NCBI GenBank assembly: GCA_001687465.1
Contig: LVLI01000573.1
Location: forward strand, 1 to 38,742
Direction: 5' to 3'
Length of the DNA: 38,742 nt
DNA from: Halocafeteria seosinensis
Taxonomy: Eukaryota
The translations under genes and the position numbers were made by a program. Below, in pieces: positions 13,338 through 26,400 of the stretch. The notes below the pieces were generated by a model, which was given only the letters and a program-made list of their open reading frames with translations, searched no databases and had not been told where the DNA came from. Position 1 is the stretch's first letter; each line of letters starts with the position of its first letter.

Positions 13338-13916
13338 TACATGTATGTTTCTGTCAATGTGTATAACATGACCATGTTGATAATCAACGGTGGAGTGGCT
13401 TCACTATCATTGCGGTGTTTTGGTACAGAACAAGTTGCCAATACTCCTCCAACAGGCAGGCGCCTGGAAGTGACGACAAGTATATCGCATATGCATGTAG
13501 TATGCGTTCTTCATATTGCTGATACGATGCGGACAAATGAACAGCGGAAATTCGTCCTTCGACTGTGAAGAGCGTGTGGTCTGGCGAAGTCCAACTGTCT
13601 CATGCCTAGAATACCCATGGAGAGCAAATGTCGTCCGAGCTTCACTGTCATTGAACAAACACCGAGCTGTTTGTACTAGAGTAGTGACATCCTCATCAAC
13701 GAGCCAAACGTGCATCTTCTTCGGCTTCTTACCCGGTACGAGTACGGAGGTAGGAAGGTTACAGCCCTACATGTGAATTGGTACAACTACAATTTGGTAG
13801 GTCCTCCTCCAAATTGGCAATGAAGTTCTTCATTTATCAAGGCCACTCGACCACGTGGCCTAGACACTCTCCTTTCGTTTTTATTCCACGCTCTCCGATA
13901 AACCGGGTGATCTGTA

Positions 13917-14414
13917 GTGCCACTGGAGCTGGAACGTGTGGAGCATGATCCTCATCCATGTCATCATGTTACCTTTCTCCTTTACAAAACTGGCCGCCTG
14001 TTCTCGAAGGGAACTCGGCGACCCAGATACATCTACGGTACAAACATTGTACATGTTGTATACTCGACCACACACGCAGGCAAAGTAAGATGTCCGAGGA
14101 CAGTCAGGGTCTTGCCTCCTACCAAGGTAGAAATGGAGCCCAAATTCAATGTCACCGTTTCGCCGAGGGAATCGGGTGAAACCGCAACCTCGTAAAACTA
14201 TAGAACGAGCGCGCGGAAAAGTGAGAGCTGGAGTCCCGCATCCCATCACCGCAAATTCTTCAGTGACCGGAGACATTTCTACGCATCCGCAGCGGTTCTC
14301 TGCCATGAATGGCGACTTCCACTGGAACTGGCCGATCGTCTGTATCATTTCGTTCATGCAAACGTGGTCGAATATCTTCACTCCCAGAATCCTACAGGAG
14401 TGCACGGATCCTGA
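13917..14414 (+). pseudogene. Probable pseudogene fragment with a C-terminal WSP..H...LP.EL (SOCS/F-box-like) motif
   Basis: ORF 13917-14195 continues in frame past a TAA to NYRTSARKSESWSPASHHRKFFSDRRHFYASAAVLCHEWRLPLELADRLYHFV...GS*. The antisense frame (13881-14417) is also open. Confidence 0.3.
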
Positions 14415-15498
14415 CAACGTACGGTATTACACGGTATGTTCACATAAGAACTTAAGCGTCAATATTGCAACAGAAATCCATTCATTCTTGCGTCATCCAT
14501 TCTCTATCCGCCCGCTCCTCCACAATTCTTATGGTAGTACAAATACAGACAGCGATACTGAGGGAACAACGGGACCAAACGAGTTTCTTTTAACCAGTGG
14601 ATGAACAATGTACACGATATAGCCACTGGAGAGTCAGTGAGGACGCATATTTGTTCCGACACGATGATATCCTGACTCTAGTATAAATGAAGAGCAAATC
14701 AGTCGTGTTAACGTCAAGTTTTATCTGCATAGATTTTCACTTCCTCGGTTCTTACCATCTCCAATAACAGCAATAATAATAATACCGTGGTAATTTCGAT
14801 GCATAATTCTAGTAAGTTTTATGGGACCTTTCATTATTTCGTTCTCGAATCCTTGATTCCTAGATACTCTTGATTCCTCGATCCCTTGACAAGCACTACA
14901 GATGCCATTTGAGGATCTTCAAGAGTAGAAACGAGGTATATAGGTATTCGGTCGCAAAGTGCTAGCGTTTGAAAAAGCCCATGCCGAAAGCACACGCTCC
15001 TATTTTTGCTAAGCGATTGTAGGATAAAGCAGGTACAGTACACAACGTCCACATGTGGCCAAGACTGTGTATTTGAAATTTGGGACACAAAGGTGCTTTA
15101 TTCCTGTTTACTCTCTTTGCAGGAAGCGGTCGTGGTTTTCCCAACAGAATCAAAAGTGCACGAGACACGTTGCCGTCTGATAGAAGTGCAGGCGACAACC
15201 GGATAGATCTCTGACAGACTTTCTCTTTACAGTCGGTCATGACAAAAGTAACTTTAGTTGAGAAATGAAAATGCATAAATGAGTATTAATTGAGCAATGA
15301 ATGAGTATAGAAATGGCAAATGCCAAAGTGCGGTAAGATGTGGAATACCGCATTCCATCACCGCGGACTTAATGGAAGAAACAGGAAGGAAGATGTTGTA
15401 CACATTATCAGCGAGTGCTAACACATGACAAAGGTACAAGATTCTTAATAAAGAAGTAAAATTGTTGACTGAATATTGAACGAATACAGAAATGGTAA

Positions 15499-18489
15499 CT
15501 ATCCGGTTTCACACGTTACTTCCGATAAATCGAGACTGCGACTCCGGAGCAGATCTTTACCTACCCCCTTTCCACGATGCCCAGTCTCTGAGGGCTCACC
15601 TTCAACGTTTTTCCTGGAGAAAGATCTGTTACCTGGCGACAATTCTACCTCATTCCGTTGATTGCTTCTATCTGTTATAAAATCTACTTCGTGGGGGTAA
15701 TCACCCGTAGACTTCGTACGATACCCACCATTGACGAGGGACCTGCTTTCAAAATCTGAACGTCCTTCTTGACGGTGATCCGTAAGTCCACGTTCATAAT
15801 ACTGCATACAGCCATCAATTGTTTCACCAAAGCTTCCAAAAGGTCCTTTGAAACTGAAATATCGCGCTTTATTGCCGAAAAGGTTCCACGGGTGTTCGTC
15901 TCTCATTTCGCTGTTGTGCTTTTGTCCGGTGCCTTCCACCGCGGGTAATGTAGTCTCAGAGAGCGCCCAGTGAGCATCCGCATGGTCCCAGTAGGGGACT
16001 TGGAAGAAATACTCCCGTGGCGAGCGTTGGTGAAGTAGAACATGAATGGGCTGGCGACAAGTAGTGTCCCTCCATTTCTCAACAAGTCCCTTCCACTGAG
16101 GATCATCTTCGATTTGCTCCCTGAGCCTTGTAGCCCATTGTTGATTCCCGAAAGGCTTTTCTTTGAGTATCGAAGCAGCGCATATATAGCTCGGTTCCCG
16201 AAGGGGCCCAGGATAAAGTACCCACACACCCTCAATTTTGTGCTCAGAAAGATACCGCACTATTTCCAGACTATCCCCGCTGTCAGCTTCGTCGGCTCCC
16301 CACCCTTTAGCAGCAGCAGCAAGGGCCTGCTTGGCCATTAGAGCCGGTCGGACGTTTTCATACTTCGGGGCACCTGACCTCCAGTACTTATCTGCTAACA
16401 TTTGCAGAAGGTTTTCGACACCTCTGCGAGTAATCGAGCGAAAGAGCGTATGGTTTAACGCCGCCGAGAACACCAGCTGTTGCGCCGGTAGCACGTGCGA
16501 GCTATCGTCGTGGTCGTCAGATATCGTTCCTTTATCCCTCGTGTCCCGATTGTCAACGGAATGCCCTTTTGTGTTAGGGGGATAAATGATATTAGCAGAT
16601 CTAATGGTGTTCCTGTGCGTAACCACTGCTGACGCTGGATACGGAGTTAATAAAAGACTGGTCGTTTTGTTGACCTCCGCCAAACTGATTCTCATCAGGA
16701 AATGGACGGCACTCTCAAGAGTAGTTAGATAATATGCGACCTCCCCAGAGTTATCTGGAGATGGCAACAAATGTTGTAGGTATGAATAACAGGTAGCCGG
16801 CCGATCCAGGTCTGCCAAAGCGAGAACATATAGAAACAACGGTAGGAATTCGTCTGCTCCTAACCCTTCGTCGACACTACCACAATTCTGGATCTTGATA
16901 CTTTGTGCTGCTCTCTGGATCCCATTCACCGCGGCGAAGAGCTTGTCTTTCATTTGGGAAGGCAGTGGACACTGCTCCATCGCCAACAACTGGGCAATTG
17001 GTTCATCCCACCTAACTGCTCTTTTCGACATTGAGTCGTTTTCACCGTTGATATACGTGAGATCCTCAGGTACCCCAAAAAGTTCTGGATGAACATGACC
17101 AAACGATTTTCGAATAATATCGAGCTTTTCTTTCACAGTGTGATCCGCAGCGCCAACCACCTGTTGCGCGCGGTACAATAGATCGCTTGCTTGTGGTAGG
17201 ATTACATATCGCTCGATAACTTCCCTCGCGCACGTACAAAAAAAATTCCAGTCCTCCTCATCCACCTGCTGTTGCCGCGAGATCTGTGAGTCAACGCTAC
17301 CACGCCTCCTAGAATACGGTGAGGCACTGCTGGACAGCAGATGAGCCGCCCTTCTGGACAAATGTAACGCAGATGCCGCATCAGACGACTGCGACGATGA
17401 AACGCCATTCATGTTGTTGGGTGTATCCTCCGTCTTGCTTGAAGATATGGGTCCGTCGTATTCCATGTCAAACGGCTCGATGTGCTTGTTGCGTCCGGAG
17501 GCCGGAGACTCCCTTGGTTCCCCTTTTTTGGAGGAACCAGCCATCCAATCTTGTAAAATAAGATCTAAATTCTCAAACCTGCATCGACACTAACCCAAAC
17601 AACATATAAGGGCGGCTAGCTCGTGGAGGCTAAGTTCCTTCGGCTTACTCTCTCTCCACAAAAAATTCGGATATATCTTCGACGAACTCGCGTACTTTGG
17701 ACAACTGCTCCAAAGGATCTTGCTTCGGATGCCCTGCGTAAATGAATCAGACAGCAGTTACGACCAACCGCCCATTTGACGACACAGCTCCTTACTTACC
17801 CAAGCAGTCTCGCACAAACATCTTGATCCACGTGGACGTTGCGCAATGCGTCATATTCTCAATCTGCTTATCAATAAACGGCACTATAATGCTTCGTAAA
17901 CTCTCATGTCTTGTTTTCTCAGAGTGATGTTCTTCATTAACACTTGTACTTTCTCCTGAAGCACCCGGAGAAGCATGCACCGTCCCTTGTGAGGCTCCTT
18001 GCCAACTTCTCGTTGTTGCAGATCTTGCGGTTCCGAATGAGGACATGTTCTTTGGCACTTGCAGAAACAGATCAACTTCTCTCATTCTATTGAGCCCCCC
18101 ACACGAGTTCGCTGGTATACTTATCATGGTGATTTGCCGCAAGTAATCCTGCAAACGCTGTCGACGCTCCTCAATAACATCGGGGGACGTGTTGAAGATG
18201 GTCTTTTCGGGGAAATCGACCGAGCTAAGCAGAGCCGGATACTTATTGCAGAGTATCTGGTGCAATTTGTAGAAGTCCGAGTACCGTTTCCTGACTTCCC
18301 ATTGTCGATCTATGCCCTTAACAATGATGACATACTGCATCACCAACCAATCATGGTAAGAAAAACGAAGGCCACCTTCAAGTGAATGACGGCTTCTCTT
18401 ACCTGTGTAAATTGTTCCCTTTCTCGAACCACGTACGTGGTTGTGGGAATGCTCACTTCTCGCAGGAGACAAGGATCCGGAAATGCCAT
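15499..18489 (-). CDS. PX-domain + VPS9-domain protein (putative Rab5-family GEF), 4 exons
   Basis: MAFPDPCLLREVSIPTTTYVV...FTQ|YVIIVKG...VRKRYSDFYKLHQIL...FPEK...IEERRQRLQDYL (PX). Spliced via a short exon (HPKQDPLEQLSKVREFVEDISEFFVERE) to the 681-aa ORF containing GLGADEFLPLFLYVL...GEVAYYLTTLESAVHFL (VPS9). Confidence 0.85.
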
Positions 18490-19032
18490 TGTGGTATTTC
18501 CTCCTCTTGTCTACTAGGGTACAGCGTGGAACGCGAAGTCGATCTCAGAGCACCCTTCCACCCATTGTTTCAATACTGCTCTTTACTCGGCTTCCGAAGA
18601 GACTTTACCGGCACTCTACGAATACAAACAATCAACATGCCTTCTTACACTGAATACATGACGTTCTGTCTCCACTACGAGATGGTATTTATTATTCCAG
18701 ACTCAAAAGCAAAAAAGATTGTCTCGTCTCTTGAGTCTGGAAGTTAACAAGTTGCTGTTTTTAGTTGAGATGCTAAGGCAAAGTGAAAACCGTCGGACAC
18801 CACAGAAAAGCGAAAGAACACTGTCGGTAGAAGAGAATAGCGTGGGTGATACACCACGTTCACATTAGGGAATGCCTACAAGTTGCTACCACTCTCAATG
18901 CTGAAGCAAAGAGAGCTGTAACCAGTAACGGTCCTTCAACACAAAGACAGTTGTACTCAATCAAAATTTTTCTTCGAGTAAACCATTTCAAATTTCAAAC
19001 CCATTCATCCAGTAGTCTCGGAAAAAAAGTTC

Positions 19033-20921
19033 TTATTTCTGCGAGTGAAGCACGTGGACTGTGATCTCGCGACGACTACCAAGCCGTGCAGGTGGCCCAA
19101 CTTGGTTTGTTCCGGTGTTGACATAAATTTGGGTGTACTTTGAATGCTGAGAAAGTCCGGAGCTGCAATTTCATAACAGCATACATGTGCAAATTCAACA
19201 TAGTGAAGTACTCGTAGTGATAACGGAGTTTGCTGGGTATACGTACAAGTAGGGGTTCGATAGTTTCACAAACAGATGAGCCGGAAAGATCTGCCCCCCA
19301 TGGGTATGCCCGGATAGCACAAGTTCAGGACGAAATTTTGAAACAGTTTCGATATGTGATGGCTGGTGGGCAAGTGCAATAAGTGTCCTATTGCCCAGTC
19401 TGTTACCAAAAGACTTTTCTGGTCTTGCTTTGACACCATTTCGCCCATCTCTAAGCAAGTAGTCTTCGATACCAGCCACATAAAATCCATCCAGGTGCGC
19501 CGGTTCCTCCACAAAACGCGTAAGGGACGTTGGGTCGTTCCATTGTACTTGCGAAGCATTAAGGGACAGTGATTCAAGAAGGTCTCGGTCAGTGCTTCCG
19601 AGTGATGCCGTAGGAGGGTACAGTACGATTCCATCCTTGTTACTCCATGTCAGATTAAGCCCAGCCAAGATTGCCACCCTTTCGTTACGAAGTGGCCTGA
19701 TGCCGCGGTCTCTGAAGAAATCCATCCATTTGGCAACTTCTTCGACACTCACTACGTACTCATGATTGCCGGTGCATAGATAAACACCTAAGCGGGACTG
19801 CAATGCTCCCAGAGGGTCCACTGCAGCGCCAAACGTCTTGACCGTACCATCGATGATATCGCCTGTTAATACTATCACATCTGCATCTAACTTATTTGCT
19901 TGTCTCACAACCTCTTCCGTGTTATCTTTTCCAATCGAGGGCCCGACATGCAAATCACTGAGCTGTATCAGGCGAAAACCATCCATTGAAGGAGGAAAGT
20001 GTTTGAAGTGGTGGTGCACTTCCTTCACCTCAGGAGTCAGATCCGCATTGTGGAAACTTATCGGTGTCAGAATGACACCTAGAATTACTGCCAAGACTGC
20101 TTTAGCAATAATCAAAGAAGATAGCGTCCTTTGTTCCCGTAGTTTATTCCTAGGTCTCGCAGCACCACGTCTTTCCAAGCAGTAGTTACCAACCACGATC
20201 GCTAGATATGAAAGGAAAAACATCACATCTTCCAGGAATTGGATAAACGTCGTCAGTATCATGAGTACGTTTAAGCCGTAACCTAATCTAACGAACGGGT
20301 CGGGTTCTGTACCAGATAGGTCCCGTCCCAAAGCAATCCCCGCTGTCGAAAGAACGAACACCAGGAGAAGCGTCGTCCCACTGGCGATACCACTTACTAA
20401 AACCCAACACCTCTGGTTCAGCGTTATTTGTTCATTCTGCATAGCATCGTTCAAAGAATTCTTGCTGTTTGATGCGGCGCTGATCTCGTAAAGTCTCTTC
20501 AAAGCGTGGGTAGGTGCAGCGACTAACTCTACCAACCTGCAGCTCGACACTGAATCTATAGCAAACGGAAGCACATGAACCAGACACAATAAACTTACAA
20601 ATATACAAACATGACCCCTCCGGCTCCCACATCTGGAACTGAACCCGCGAGGATTACGGAGACTAGAACTATGGCGACCAGTACGGCAAACCATCTCCCC
20701 TCCCACTTATTCAAATAAGCCTGCAGTTTCCTTCTCGAGATAGAGCGTGGGTCAGGACATTGCCAACCCCAAGAAGAATTCGCGTGGCGGTGGTCACCAA
20801 CTTCTGCATTAGCTTTTGATGAATCATTTGCTCCTTCTCCTTCAATGTCAATGTTCAACTCGTTAGCTTGTTGTTCGGCCGATTTCTGGTCCCTTTCAGT
20901 CTTATCAGCAGTAGCAGACAT
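19033..20921 (-). CDS. Transmembrane calcineurin-like metallophosphoesterase (TMPPE/YkuE/YaeI-like), spliced
   Basis: Several N-terminal hydrophobic helices, then QLSDLHVG, VLTGDIIDG, CTGNHEY, LAHQP and LSGHTHGGQIFP. The last exon reads YVNTGTNQVGPPARLGSRREITV and stops at 19033. Confidence 0.88.
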
Positions 20922-21185
20922 CTTCTACTAATTACTCAGTATAGTACACCACGCTTCACATTGTTCCAAACCAAGCCGAGATCGTTGTATCTGCAAAAAA
21001 CGCTGCATACCTATCTCTTCAACCTTGTGAAGCTCGGCACCGTGGTCAACAACCAGGTCAAGGACATAATGTGGTAGGTATAAGTTTATAGCAGGTTGAT
21101 TGTTGATGGTCACACCACCAAAGCGCACAGGATCCTCGTCCAAATAGTGTCATCTCTGATTTGGATCCGTATCAGTGGGTGTAAG

Positions 21186-23244
21186 ATGAAATCTGTCCGA
21201 CGAGTCCCCGCGGGTATTGTTGATCGCTTCCAGACCTACCACTTTGTTGGAGGCAGCTATCTCCCTGGAGCTATTGATAAGAACAAGAGAGAGCCTATTC
21301 AGCCAATATGTCCGATCAATGAAGACAAACTCCCGCCATGTGTCAACGGGAGCAGAGGGGATGTGGCACAAGCTGTAGCTTCCGCCAAAGACGGCTTCCA
21401 ACAATGGAAGAGAGTGCCGAACAAGGAACGCGCAGATCTTCTGAGGAGAATAGCTGAGTCTCTCGACAAGAATAAGAACACAATGGCAGAGTAAGTGAAC
21501 TTGTCGGTGGCTTTTGAAAGAGTGTAATTGTTGCCTCTCACTATCACACCCGTTGCCGAATTCCACCGCAGAATGGAAGCTGTCAATGTGGGCAAGACGC
21601 TGCGAGAAGCCGCTGGTGATATTGAGGACTCTATTGGCGCATTCAATCACTGCGCCAATCTTGCAGAAACTTGTCCAACAGAAGAAGCGTTTGATCGGAA
21701 GATCGAAGTTTCCGACCCAGACATTCGCGGGACGATGTCGTATGATCCGATTGGTGTCGTCGCTGGAATCACACCATGGAACTACCCCGTCATGATGGCG
21801 GCATGGAAGGTTGCTCCCGCCCTCGCTGCCGGTTGCTCTATCGTCTTGAAACCATCCGAGGTTACTCCGTATACCACTCTGAAGTTTGCCGAAATTGTGC
21901 ACGAGGCAGGTGTTCCTGAGGGTGCGTTCAACGTAGTCCTCGGAGACAGGGTAACCGGAGAGGAACTATGTGCTGCCGAAGATATACGGAAAGTCTCGTT
22001 TACAGGGAGCCTAAGAGGTGGATCTGAAGTGATGAAGACCGCTGCTAATCAGGTTGCTCCTGTTGTTCTTGAGCTTGGTGGAAAGTCCCCAGCTATAGTC
22101 CTTGAAGATGCCAATTTAGAAACTACAGTGGAATGGCTCATGTTCGGTAAGTGGCCTCATATATGGTTTCATGTACACTTCCCTATGCATTCCACATTTG
22201 TATGTGACTTGTCTTTCCCAGGGGGATTCTGGACCGCCGGACAAATCTGCAGTGCAACATCGCGGGTCTTGGTGCATGAAAGTATTGCTGATAAACTGAC
22301 GGAAATGCTTAAAGTAAGGAAGAACCCTGAGGCTGTTTTCGGAACACTGACCATGATGGAGTATATTGTTATCAGGTGGCTGCGGAGAACCTCGTAGTGG
22401 CTGGACCCTTCGACAGAGAAGACGTGGAAATGGGTCCGGTAGTGAATGAAGCTCAGTACAAGAAAGTACGTCGTCCTTACATGTAGCGTTTCATGTGGTT
22501 GTAGATAGAAATGACACTTGTGTCCATGTGCAGGTCTCGTCGTATATTGAAAATGCGGCCTCCGAAGGTGCGCGGCTTGTTAGCGGAAAAGAGACTAGGA
22601 AGGAGCCTCCACTTGAGTAAGTACATTACGGTGATGAGTATATCGCTCATCTATGAATACATATGCTGTGTTGTCTCGTTCTGGCTGCACAGGGATAAGG
22701 GATACTTCATTTATCCGACTGTGTACGATAAAGTAGATCCGCAGATGACCATTTTCCGTAATGAAGTATTTGGCCCAGTCCTAACAGTAAGCGAAGTTTG
22801 TGCAAAGGCGACTGCGCACAGTTCAGAGCGTAACACATTTGTACGACTTCATTAACCAACAGATCACTACGTTCAAGGATGAAGCCGAAGCTGTGAAGTT
22901 CGCCAATGACACGGAGTACGGCTTGGCAGCAGCCGTCTTCGGGAACGATGATGACTATGTTCGTAGAATCTCGCGGCAAATACAAGCTGGAACAGTGTGG
23001 GAGAATTGTAACCAACCGGTGCCTCATCAACTCCCATGGTAAGTCAGTAGCATTGTGGTATACCGTGTCGGCGTATCCCGTTTTATCGTGCATGCCATGC
23101 AGGGGTGGATACAAGCATTCCGGGATTGGCCGAGAAATGGGTCCAGAGGCATTGCATCCCTTCCTGGAAGAAAAAAGCATCCAAACGTTTAAAGACAAGA
23201 ACAAACCACTGCAATGGTATGACTCTTGGAATAATAGGTCGTAA
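21186..23244 (+). CDS. Aldehyde dehydrogenase, ALDH10-like (betaine/aminoaldehyde dehydrogenase), multi-exon
   Basis: ITPWNYP, AWKVAPALAAGC, LKPSE, FTGS, LELGGKSP (catalytic Glu), EWLMFG|GFWTAGQICSATSRVLVHE (catalytic Cys, ALDH10-type context), EVFGPVL, PW|GGYKHSGIGRE and a C-terminal WY motif. Confidence 0.92.
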
Positions 23245-23447
23245 CTTCAATCACGCGATCGCAAGCTTGCGGTTAACGGCCTTCCTCCGTGGAAAGAGGC
23301 TAAAAATGGAGTCTTTTAGGGTGATGAATGGTTTGTCCACCAGTGCACAGCACAGTAAACAACAATACACCGCATCTGTTGTGGAAAAGGTCGTGCTAGT
23401 GTATGTATTGAAATAAACTAGATAGTGTAATTGGATGATCATTCACT

Positions 23448-26400
23448 ATGGTAAGACACACCATCCATGGCTAGGGTGTACCGACATTATATACACCCGC
23501 ATTTTTCATGTACTTATCATGGATTTGTCTTATTGTTGGCGCAGCCTCCGAAAAAAAAAGGGAAAAAATCTAAAACGGAGCAGGAGGCTGAGCGAATTGC
23601 TCAGGAAGAGACAGACCGGAAACTCAAGGAAGGTAAGCTTTTCCACAGGGAGCGCATTGAATAGTGTACATTCGCTATCGTGGCATGTTTGGATTCGCCC
23701 AGCTAGGGAGAAGCGAGATGAAGAAGAACGCCAATATCGGTTGGAAGCAGCAAAACTGGCCCGGGAATATGCTGATTCCCACCGCCAAAGTGCGATCGAG
23801 CAAACCCATGAGGAGTTCGAGGACGAGAAAGAGAGAGAGAACAACATCCAAAGACAGCTAGAAACTATGGATAAGGAACTAGAGGAAAAAGAAGAATGGC
23901 AACGACACCTACAGTGCTCGGTGTTCCCTGATGTGAGATTCGGGGAGGAGGTATCGGGGTTTCTTTCATCGGTTGAGAAGGATGACGTAGATAAAAGCTC
24001 CCAAATGTATAGCATACATGGTGACTTTCACACTTTGAATGACCTGAAACAACTATGGGACCTACTGATGGAGCAGCGGACACAATACATTGAGAGAGAA
24101 AACTATGAAGGTGTTGAGAGATGTGATGCATTCATCCAAGAAGTGAAGAGCAAGATACACCATAGAATTGACAGGGTCTCCGCTTGGATACTTGAAGTAA
24201 GTGCATGCTAGCCGTGCGCTCCAACCAAATGTGCGATCAGCGCTGTGTCGATTCTTCAGAATAGGCACTCCGTTTCGAAAGAGGCTAAGGAGGGATCGGA
24301 CCAGCAGGAGTTAAAGATGTCTAAAGAAACACAAAACAGTGATATTAAGCTAGGAATATGGGCCAACTTAAAAGGAAAAGCCGGAAGGTATGCTGTACAC
24401 CTCTATCGCAGAGCATGCTTCCAGCCAATCGGCTTCTTCGCTTGTGTTGCAGAATGAAGGTGATTTATTTTCATGATCTGCTGCTTTCGGCCGACGTCCC
24501 CAAACAAATCGCAAACATGGACGTCGCTCTTCGTCTTTTGTTCACGGTAAGAGCATATACCATTTTGGTTCTCCACCCTACAGTAGACACTCTCTGTGGA
24601 TGCAGCCTTTCGATCACGCTAAGGAAGTATCAGAAATATCCCATCGTGTATCCAAAGAAATGGAGCTTTGGAGACACGGTTTCACAGACGAAGGACCAAA
24701 AGGAAAAGATGCGAAATCTAAGTCGTCGAGCAAGCGCTATTCTAGCCCGCGAAAGCAAGAGCATACGGATAAAGGACAGGGAGAAGAGGAAGGAAGTGCT
24801 GCTGGTGTGGAGGAGGATGGTGAAGAAAAGGAAGAGGAAGAAGAAGCAGAGGAGTCTAGCTCGGAAGAGGAAGAAGACGAAGAGGAACGTGGTGAAGATA
24901 AGGGAGTAGGCGAAGGACAGGAGAGTGGTGAAGGTCAAGAGTCGAAGGAACCGGATCCAGATGATCCAGAGGATGCAACTCATTATGACCCGGCTAGATA
25001 TTCGACAGCAGTTGTAGTGCGGGAGCCCCCACAGGAATTTGAAATGAACCGGATGCGCTATTCCCCTTTAGGAGGGTTAGTGTTCGTGGAGCTCCTGTCG
25101 TTTCCTGAAGATGAACACACAGTCAAGAAGTGGAGTCTTTCCAACGTCTCTCCTTTGGCAACGGCTGTGGAACATAGGGCACATCCTCTGCAAGGACAAG
25201 GAGCGGCCGCCGCAGCGCAAGCAATAAAAGTAAGAGCAGCCATGCCTCCCGAATTGGTAGTTCCGACGCGACCTACCATGGCATATTGGGACCCAAGTGT
25301 TAACAGCTGGAGCGTGGACGAGCATGCTGAAGCGACGTTTGATCCGAATAATCGCATCCTCTCGTTCAAGACCTCATGGATGCGACCGTTGGCGCCAGTT
25401 CAGTCATGGTGGATCGAAGCTCCATACAAACATTGGCATATTGTGCCTGTGAGAGCTATAATTCCCGAACCGAATGCGGAGTATGAAGGTGCTTACACGT
25501 TCAGAGAAGAGTGCCAGGTGCTTCTCGAGGTGCACACTCGTCGATTTCGAATAGGCATCCTCGTGGGAGAATATTTCTGCAGATTGGTATCACCTGTAAA
25601 AGAAGAATTTAGCCATATTCTGTTCCGCCCGATGAAACCTGGTACTCTTCTCGCCTCACTGAAGGCAAGTGGTGTAGAACTGGTACCTGATGATCTATGG
25701 ACGGATATGGCTAATCATTTCGGTATCATTGAGACTGAAGAGTCCCAACAACAGTCATCTCCCCCTTCCGGAATGCCTTCGGAGAGTGCAGTGGACGCGA
25801 TTAAAGAAGAAGCTTCTGCCAACGAAGCTGACGATGAACTCAAAGAAGACGATGAGGAAGAAGAAGCAGAGGAAAGAGAGGAACAACAGCAGAGTCTTCA
25901 GGAGAGTGAGCAACCGGCCGCGGAAGTCTCTCGGACTGACTCCTTAGCGGGGACTCTGAAACATCTGAATGAACCTCTCACCGCCAAAGAGAAGAACCTT
26001 GAGAGACAGCTTTACAGAGACTTGAGTCGGGTATCCGCCTCTTTTTGTTTTGCGTCGTCAAAATGGAATCAGGGTAGAGGTGCTTCAGCTACTGTTGTTA
26101 GAGCGCGTGAGTACATTGATGTGCAGGAAGTAGAGCTCCCGACGCCAGATTTGATCGAGCACTTTAACAACGAATACACCTCAAGGGTCAAGGATGCCGC
26201 GAGGGAATCCTTCCTGAACATGTCAAGGGGAGGAGCGTTTATGATGGGATCTGGCTCACAGACTGGGTTACACTCTAGCACGCATCCTGGTGAACCGGCT
26301 GGGGAAGGTCTTGGCAACGGAACAGGGTACGAGGGATCCATAACTTCAGTGAGCCTTCCTGATGTCGAAAAGGGTATTCTTGAAACAGAGTGGAGAACAG

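Noticed and set aside
21150..21902. Long antisense or alternate-frame ORFs (e.g. 21150-21902, 27278-27859, 32242-32847, 6303-6863, 9403-9999)
   Set aside because: They are shadows of well-supported genes on the opposite strand or frame and carry no recognisable motifs.
24780..24960. GAA/GAG-rich repeat
   Set aside because: Low-complexity Glu-rich coding sequence within the CASC1-like gene.
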